Assembly (NCBI GenBank): GCA_965204375.1
Contig: OZ241986.1
Coordinates: 2,720,001 to 2,784,000 of the forward strand
Source of the DNA: Candidatus Latescibacterota bacterium
GTDB taxonomy: Bacteria; Latescibacterota; UBA2968
Direction: 5' to 3'
Length of the DNA stretch: 64,000 bases
The position numbers and the translations under genes were made by a program. Below are positions 58,922-64,000 of the stretch, one piece after another (position 1 is the first letter of the stretch; the number at the start of each line of letters is the position of its first letter). Under the pieces are notes generated by a model. It was not told the origin of the DNA. It saw only the letters and a list, made by a program, of their open reading frames with translations, and made no database searches.

Positions 58922-61900
58922 TTATCGGGGACGTTTGATTCCCAGTTTTTTCATTCGGCTGTACAGAGTAGAAGGCGGTAATTCCAACAGAGCCGCTGCT
59001 CCCTTAGCCCCCTTTACCCGCCAGTTGACGGCTTTGAGTACTTTGAGGATATAGAGGCGTTCAAATTCATCCCAGGGCCTGATTTCACGGTCTTGATCTA
59101 ACTCGTGATCGGGAATCGTGCCTTCGATTCGGGAACCATACAGTCCGAGATCATTCACTTCGATTTGAGAACCGTGGCACGCAATTACAGCACGCTGCAT
59201 CGTATGTTCCAGTTCTCGCACATTCCCAGGCCAATGATAGTTTTGCAACACCTCTATAACCTCGGGACTCAGGCGGTCAATGTGCTTGCCCAGATGTGCT
59301 ACCATGCGATTCTTGAAAAATTCGGCCAGATCCGGTATATCCTCCTTGCGCTCGCGCAGAGGCGGCAAATAGAGCGGAAAAGCATTGAGGCGGTAATAGA
59401 GATCCTCGCGGAAATCACCTGTATTGACCATCTCCTTCAGGTTGCGATTCGTCGCTGCCACAATGCGCGTTTGTGCCGTTAGTATCTCGCTGCCCCCAAC
59501 GCGCTCAAATGTGCCCTCTTCCAGCAATCGCAGCAGTCTGGCCTGCGTTTCCAGAGCCATATCGCCGATCTCATCCAGAAAGAGCGTGCCACCTTTGGCC
59601 AGTTCCACTTTGCCCAGCCTGCGAGAAACTGCGCTGGTAAAAGCTCCTTTTTCATGACCAAAGAGTTCACTATCAATCAGGGATTCAGGCAGGGCACCGC
59701 AGTTGACCTGTATAAAAAGCCCATCGCAATAAGCACTCAGCCCATGTAGCGCTCGAGCGGCCAAACCCTTACCCACACCTGTTTCGCCCAGAATCAGCAC
59801 AGTCAGACCGGCGGATGCCACCTCTATGAGTTTGATCTGAAACTCGCGCAGGGCCGCGCTATGACCGATAAATTCGTTGCCTTCCTGACTGTTGAGTGCA
59901 GCCGTCAGTGCTCTAATACGCGGATCCGGTTCTACCGAAAGTTGCACCTGTGACATCTCTGAGTAATTGAGATCGCGATCTACAGCCCTGACCTGGAACG
60001 TGTAGTCTCCCGGCGATAAGTCTCGATAATAGACCCGCATCTCTCGGGTCGCTGGCTGCCAATCGGGGTCGTGCCCCTTTAATCGGTAAACATAGAGCAT
60101 GTCGCTGGGATGGGTGGAAAAACTCATGCCCTTGTACTCAAAAATCACCTGCTGATCCGTCGTAGAGACGATGACTTCTCCCATGTTTTCATAGACCTTA
60201 TTGGCAATAACTTGAATAAGGCGAACGATGGGCGGAATTTGCCGCAGACGGTAGCGCACCAGAGAATTCTGGGCTGTGCCAAACCAAAAAGTCCCATCGC
60301 GGTCTTCGAGTATCTGAAGAACCGGTCCTATGTGCGATGACTTGATCGTCTGGAAAAGCTGACCATCGTAGTGAACCACACCCCCGTCTGTGCCGAGCCA
60401 GAGGTGGCCTTGCGAATCCTCGAACAAGCAACGGATGCGGTTGCTTGGCAAGCCCTCTTCGGTGGTGAAGTTGCGGAACACAACACCATCAAAGCAACTA
60501 AGACCTCTTTGAGTGGCGATCCACAGGTTGCCATGGCGGTCTAATAGCAGGTCGGCGACCCGATTGTCTAACAACCCATCGGCAACAGTATAAAATCTGA
60601 GGCCATCTTCGGGATGCCAGTGAGCGAACCCTTTGTCGCTCACTGCGAAATCCTGGTAGATCAAATGGAAGAATATCTCGCTGTTGCGCCCGACAATCAC
60701 AGTGCCGATACGGCTTAAAGAATCTCCTCCCTCATTTTCCAAAAAAATGGTTTGAAACTGTTCGCCCTGCTGGTAAATGATCTTTAAAGTGCTGGACAAA
60801 AGCTCTTCTCTGTCGCTTATGCTGCCCTTTTCCCAATAACCGAAAAGGAATTGACCTCTGCGGTCCTGGGCAATTGTGCTAATACTCCTTTCGTCCAAAT
60901 CTACATCTATCTTCATTTTTTTCACCTTCTGCCCATCGTAGCGGAATAGGCCGTTGCCGCTGCAGAACCATAGATACCCCTCAAGGTCCTCGTAAATAGC
61001 AAAACAGTTATTGATATGAAGGTCATGCTCAGTGCATAGGAATGCAAAGTGCTCGTCATGGAAACGGACGACGCTTTTGGTCATATTAGTGAGAAGGGGA
61101 GACATATACCCTATCCATATATTACCTTGCCGGTCTTGCACAATCTGCGAGACTTCACTTGCTTTTCTTGATAACCTCGCACTGAGGTCGAAAACGCTGA
61201 TACTATGCTCATCGTAAAGCCCAACGCCGCCCCAGGTGGCAAACCACAACTGATACTCGCGATCCTGGAACACGGCTTTGACCGTGGGATATGGCAGGCC
61301 ATCGGCAAGGGTAAACCTTCTGAACTTATCACCGTCCTGGCATAATACTCCATCTGAGGTGCAGAACCACATCCGCCCTTCGCGGTCACACTGAATTTTG
61401 CGCAGATTACCACCTAAATCTACACGCACTTGATGGAAGGTGCCATCGGCATAGCACCAGAGTCCATCTCGATGTTCATGGCGGCCAATCCACACCTGGC
61501 CGGTATGGTCTCGTCCCATGACATAGCTGCCCCTGTCTTGAGGAAAATTCTCTACTTCTTCATAGCGGTGGAAGGATGTGCCATCAAAGCGGATAAGGTG
61601 GTCAAATCCAAACCAGAGATGACCTTCCATATCCTGGGTGATACCCCAACACTGGTTAGTCCGCTGAGGAGAAGGAAGCTGCTCGTAGTGCTGGAGATAA
61701 AGCGGTATCAGATCGTGGAAAGCAGTGCCATAGTAATATCCCAATGTACGTGTACCACCGCACCATATACGGCCCTCATTATCTTCGTAGATGGCCGTCA
61801 CTATCCGATCTGCAATGCCATTGTCTTCCAAATGGTGGAATGCTGCTCCGTCGTACCAGCAGACCCCATTTAATGTACCAAACCACAACCGATCTTGACT

Positions 61901-62119
61901 GTCCTTATCAATAAAAAAAATCTGATCGTGAACAAGACCGTCCTGTCGGGTAAATGTCTGAAACGCATCCCCGTCAAAACGGCTGACGCCGTTATCCCAG
62001 GTGGCGAACCAGAGATAACCCTCGCTATCCTCGGCAATGTGTTCAATGCGCAACCCGGCCAGGCCGCTATCCAGAGAATAAGTCCGCCAGGTACCTGTGC
62101 GGTCAAGTGGCTTGATCAT
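58922..62119 (-). CDS. Sigma54-dependent activator with N-terminal Reg_prop beta-propellers and Y_Y_Y domain
   Basis: Many EDxxGxLWFxT repeats, YVYRL..PGDYTFQVRA, GETGVGK, GAFTSA, FLDEIG, WPGNVREL and Fis-type HTH. Start position uncertain. Confidence 0.88.
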   Translation of the reverse strand: MIKPLDRTGTWRTYSLDSGLAGLRIEHIAEDSEGYLWFATWDNGVSRFDGDAFQTFTRQDGLVHDQIFFIDKDSQDRLWFGTLNGVCWYDGAAFHHLEDNGIADRIVTAIYEDNEGRIWCGGTRTLGYYYGTAFHDLIPLYLQHYEQLPSPQRTNQCWGITQDMEGHLWFGFDHLIRFDGTSFHRYEEVENFPQDRGSYVMGRDHTGQVWIGRHEHRDGLWCYADGTFHQVRVDLGGNLRKIQCDREGRMWFCTSDGVLCQDGDKFRRFTLADGLPYPTVKAVFQDREYQLWFATWGGVGLYDEHSISVFDLSARLSRKASEVSQIVQDRQGNIWIGYMSPLLTNMTKSVVRFHDEHFAFLCTEHDLHINNCFAIYEDLEGYLWFCSGNGLFRYDGQKVKKMKIDVDLDERSISTIAQDRRGQFLFGYWEKGSISDREELLSSTLKIIYQQGEQFQTIFLENEGGDSLSRIGTVIVGRNSEIFFHLIYQDFAVSDKGFAHWHPEDGLRFYTVADGLLDNRVADLLLDRHGNLWIATQRGLSCFDGVVFRNFTTEEGLPSNRIRCLFEDSQGHLWLGTDGGVVHYDGQLFQTIKSSHIGPVLQILEDRDGTFWFGTAQNSLVRYRLRQIPPIVRLIQVIANKVYENMGEVIVSTTDQQVIFEYKGMSFSTHPSDMLYVYRLKGHDPDWQPATREMRVYYRDLSPGDYTFQVRAVDRDLNYSEMSQVQLSVEPDPRIRALTAALNSQEGNEFIGHSAALREFQIKLIEVASAGLTVLILGETGVGKGLAARALHGLSAYCDGLFIQVNCGALPESLIDSELFGHEKGAFTSAVSRRLGKVELAKGGTLFLDEIGDMALETQARLLRLLEEGTFERVGGSEILTAQTRIVAATNRNLKEMVNTGDFREDLYYRLNAFPLYLPPLRERKEDIPDLAEFFKNRMVAHLGKHIDRLSPEVIEVLQNYHWPGNVRELEHTMQRAVIACHGSQIEVNDLGLYGSRIEGTIPDHELDQDREIRPWDEFERLYILKVLKAVNWRVKGAKGAAALLELPPSTLYSRMKKLGIKRPR

Positions 62120-62183
62120 AGAAACGAACCTTATATTAAGAGAAAGCTGGATAGGCGTAACTGTCCCACATTCATATCCATCG

Positions 62184-63470
62184 TCATATCTCCTTTGCCA
62201 CATCGGCAACCGCTTCAATTGTCGTATCAATCACGTCATCTGTATGCGCTGTCGATAAAAACCACGCGCCTCGCTCCAGCGCGCGCACGCCTTTGTAATG
62301 AAGTGCCTCTGTAAATTTGATATACCGCTCGCGATCGGCTTGAAGTGAACTCCGATAATCGACAACCGGGGCATCAACGCCAAAGCCCACGTGAAAAATC
62401 TGTGGAAAACCCGCAATCCGTGCTTGAATATCGGCCTCTTTTAGCGCGCGCGCAATACCTTCCATAAGCCGATTGCCCCGCGCATTGAGCACGTCAAACG
62501 TCTCTTCTTTATCCAACTCGGTCAGCGTAGCGACTACCGCAGCCATGGAAGCGGGTTGCGCATTATAAGTACCTCCGTGCATCACACCTGCGACGAGCAT
62601 ATCCATCAAATCGCCTCGCCCGGCCAAACACGAAACCGGAAACCCATTGGCTATCGCCTTGCCAAATGTCGCCAGATCGGGCGTTACGCCAAAGTATTGC
62701 TGTGCGCCGCCAGGCGCCACGCGAAACCCCGTAATCACCTCGTCAAAAATGAGTACCGTTCCCGTATCGGAACACACCTCTCGAACCCCTTCCAAATAGC
62801 CTTCGGCGGGAAAAATCGCGCTGGTATTGCACATTACAGGCTCCATAATAACAGCCGCGACATCCCCGCGTTTCAGACGCGAACTCAGAAGCGCCAGATT
62901 ATTCCAGGGAAGCACTTCAGTATGCCGACCGACCAAAAGGTCTTGCCCTGCACTGGCGGGAATGGGGACAGGCGCATCAACCGGACCATACTGATCGGGC
63001 GAGGGCGCGACAGACCACAGCACATTGTCAAACCAGCCGTGATAATGTCCCTCAAATTTGATCACACAAAACCGCTCCGTAGCCGCGCGAGCCAAGCGCA
63101 AAGCCGCCTGCACCACTTCGCTACCCGTGCAGTTAAACCGCACCCGATCCGCACATGGTACCATATCGCAAACCTTCCTGGCTGCCTCTTGCTCTACTGC
63201 TGTTTGTCCGGCAAAAAGAATGCCCGACTCGAGCTGTTCCCGCACAGCAGACAGCACGGGTTCTGGGTTGTGCCCGAGAATCATCGGCCCCATGCCCAGA
63301 TAATAATCGATCAAACGATTGCCATCCACATCGTAGAGATACGGCCCTTCGCCGCGTTCAAAAACCAGAGGCGAGGGAACCATACCCAGCCGAAAATTGC
63401 TGTTCACACCACCCGGCAAATAGCGCGAGGCTTCGGCGATCAAACGCTCGGATTTTTCAAACCTTTTCAT
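62184..63470 (-). CDS. Class-III aminotransferase, glutamate-1-semialdehyde aminomutase (HemL)-like
   Basis: PGGVNS, KFEGHYHG, FDEVITGFR, TFGK and GTYN. Confidence 0.88.
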   Translation of the reverse strand: MKRFEKSERLIAEASRYLPGGVNSNFRLGMVPSPLVFERGEGPYLYDVDGNRLIDYYLGMGPMILGHNPEPVLSAVREQLESGILFAGQTAVEQEAARKVCDMVPCADRVRFNCTGSEVVQAALRLARAATERFCVIKFEGHYHGWFDNVLWSVAPSPDQYGPVDAPVPIPASAGQDLLVGRHTEVLPWNNLALLSSRLKRGDVAAVIMEPVMCNTSAIFPAEGYLEGVREVCSDTGTVLIFDEVITGFRVAPGGAQQYFGVTPDLATFGKAIANGFPVSCLAGRGDLMDMLVAGVMHGGTYNAQPASMAAVVATLTELDKEETFDVLNARGNRLMEGIARALKEADIQARIAGFPQIFHVGFGVDAPVVDYRSSLQADRERYIKFTEALHYKGVRALERGAWFLSTAHTDDVIDTTIEAVADVAKEI

Positions 63471-63492
63471 GTAATCCCCGAACCTTTATAGC

Positions 63493-63622
63493 GATCCGCT
63501 TACCCTATTCATCCTTCAATCCTGAAAATCCCGATCCGCTTTCATCCTATTCATCCTTCAATCCTGTAAATCCTGATCCGCTTTCATCCTGTTCATCCTT
63601 CAATCCTGTAAATCCTGATCCG
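63493..63622. repeat. ~42-bp tandem repeat x3
   Basis: GATCCGCTTTCATCCT(A/G)TTCATCCTTCAATCCTGTAAATCCT units at 63493, 63533 and 63575. Confidence 0.9.
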
Positions 63623-63999
63623 AGTTCCATAAATCGCACACGCGAGGAAACATCTTCGAGAAGGGCGCGGTTGGTGGCGATGAGATCGGCGACAATACCG
63701 GTGAGAAACATCTGAAATCCAGCGAGCAAAAGGATAGCGGCGAGGATAAGCGATTGAATGTGGAGTTCGCCTTCGTCGGTAAAAAAGAAAAAATAGAGAA
63801 ATCGGAGACCAATTAACGTGCCAAAAGCGAAAACAACAGCACCAAAAATAGAGAATATGCGAAGTGCTTTGTAGCGTGCGTAAGTCCTCAAACTGATCAT
63901 GCCCGACTTAAAAACAAATACACCCGGATTTTTGAAAAGGCGCGATTCGCGCGTTTTGGGATTCGTGCGAATGGGCACAGTTTCAACAGCGAGACGGTC
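63547..63999 (-). CDS. Glycosyltransferase family 2, C-terminal part (5'-truncated by window edge)
   Basis: VPIRTN..RESRLF, two TM segments and GIVADLIATNR, typical of DPM-synthase-like GT2 C-termini. Confidence 0.75.
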   Translation of the reverse strand, partial: DRLAVETVPIRTNPKTRESRLFKNPGVFVFKSGMISLRTYARYKALRIFSIFGAVVFAFGTLIGLRFLYFFFFTDEGELHIQSLILAAILLLAGFQMFLTGIVADLIATNRALLEDVSSRVRFMELGSGFTGLKDEQDESGSGFTGLKDE

Positions 64000-64000
64000 T

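Noticed and set aside
63493-63622. Possible CRISPR array
   Set aside because: The units are contiguous with no unique spacers, and there are no cas genes in the window.

Overview
A 64 kb stretch of bacterial chromosome. The gene content (PhyH-HEAT fusion, Uma2, Gfo/Idh/MocA, sulfatase, heparinase, dockerin-like/cadherin protein, propeller-bEBP) suggests a Latescibacterota/Poribacteria-like heterotroph, possibly sponge-associated; this is inference only. Core genes include trpS, frdABCD, two tandem glnK-amtB pairs, a HisN-like phosphatase and a HemL-like aminotransferase. There are many carbohydrate and uronic-acid enzymes, a defence island (MmeI-like type IIL R-M plus a Menshen-like DUF262/ATPase-DUF3696/effector trio whose effector is frameshifted), and a complete IS256-family element with IRs and a 9-bp target duplication. 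The most notable features not captured by the ORF track are: (1) two complete Trp leader-peptide attenuators in tandem upstream of trpS, the second with a stop-less leader fused in frame to TrpS; (2) a ~350-nt transcription unit with its own promoter and terminator, highly structured and without a credible protein (41323-41704); (3) a three-gene cassette flanked by a degenerate 46-bp promoter duplication; (4) a soluble beta-propeller/Y_Y_Y sigma54 activator next to its probable enhancer, sigma54 promoter and target gene; (5) a plant-galacturonokinase-like kinase coupled to a nucleotidyltransferase. No rRNA, tRNA or CRISPR array was seen. All family calls come from recognising motifs by eye; no database searches were run.
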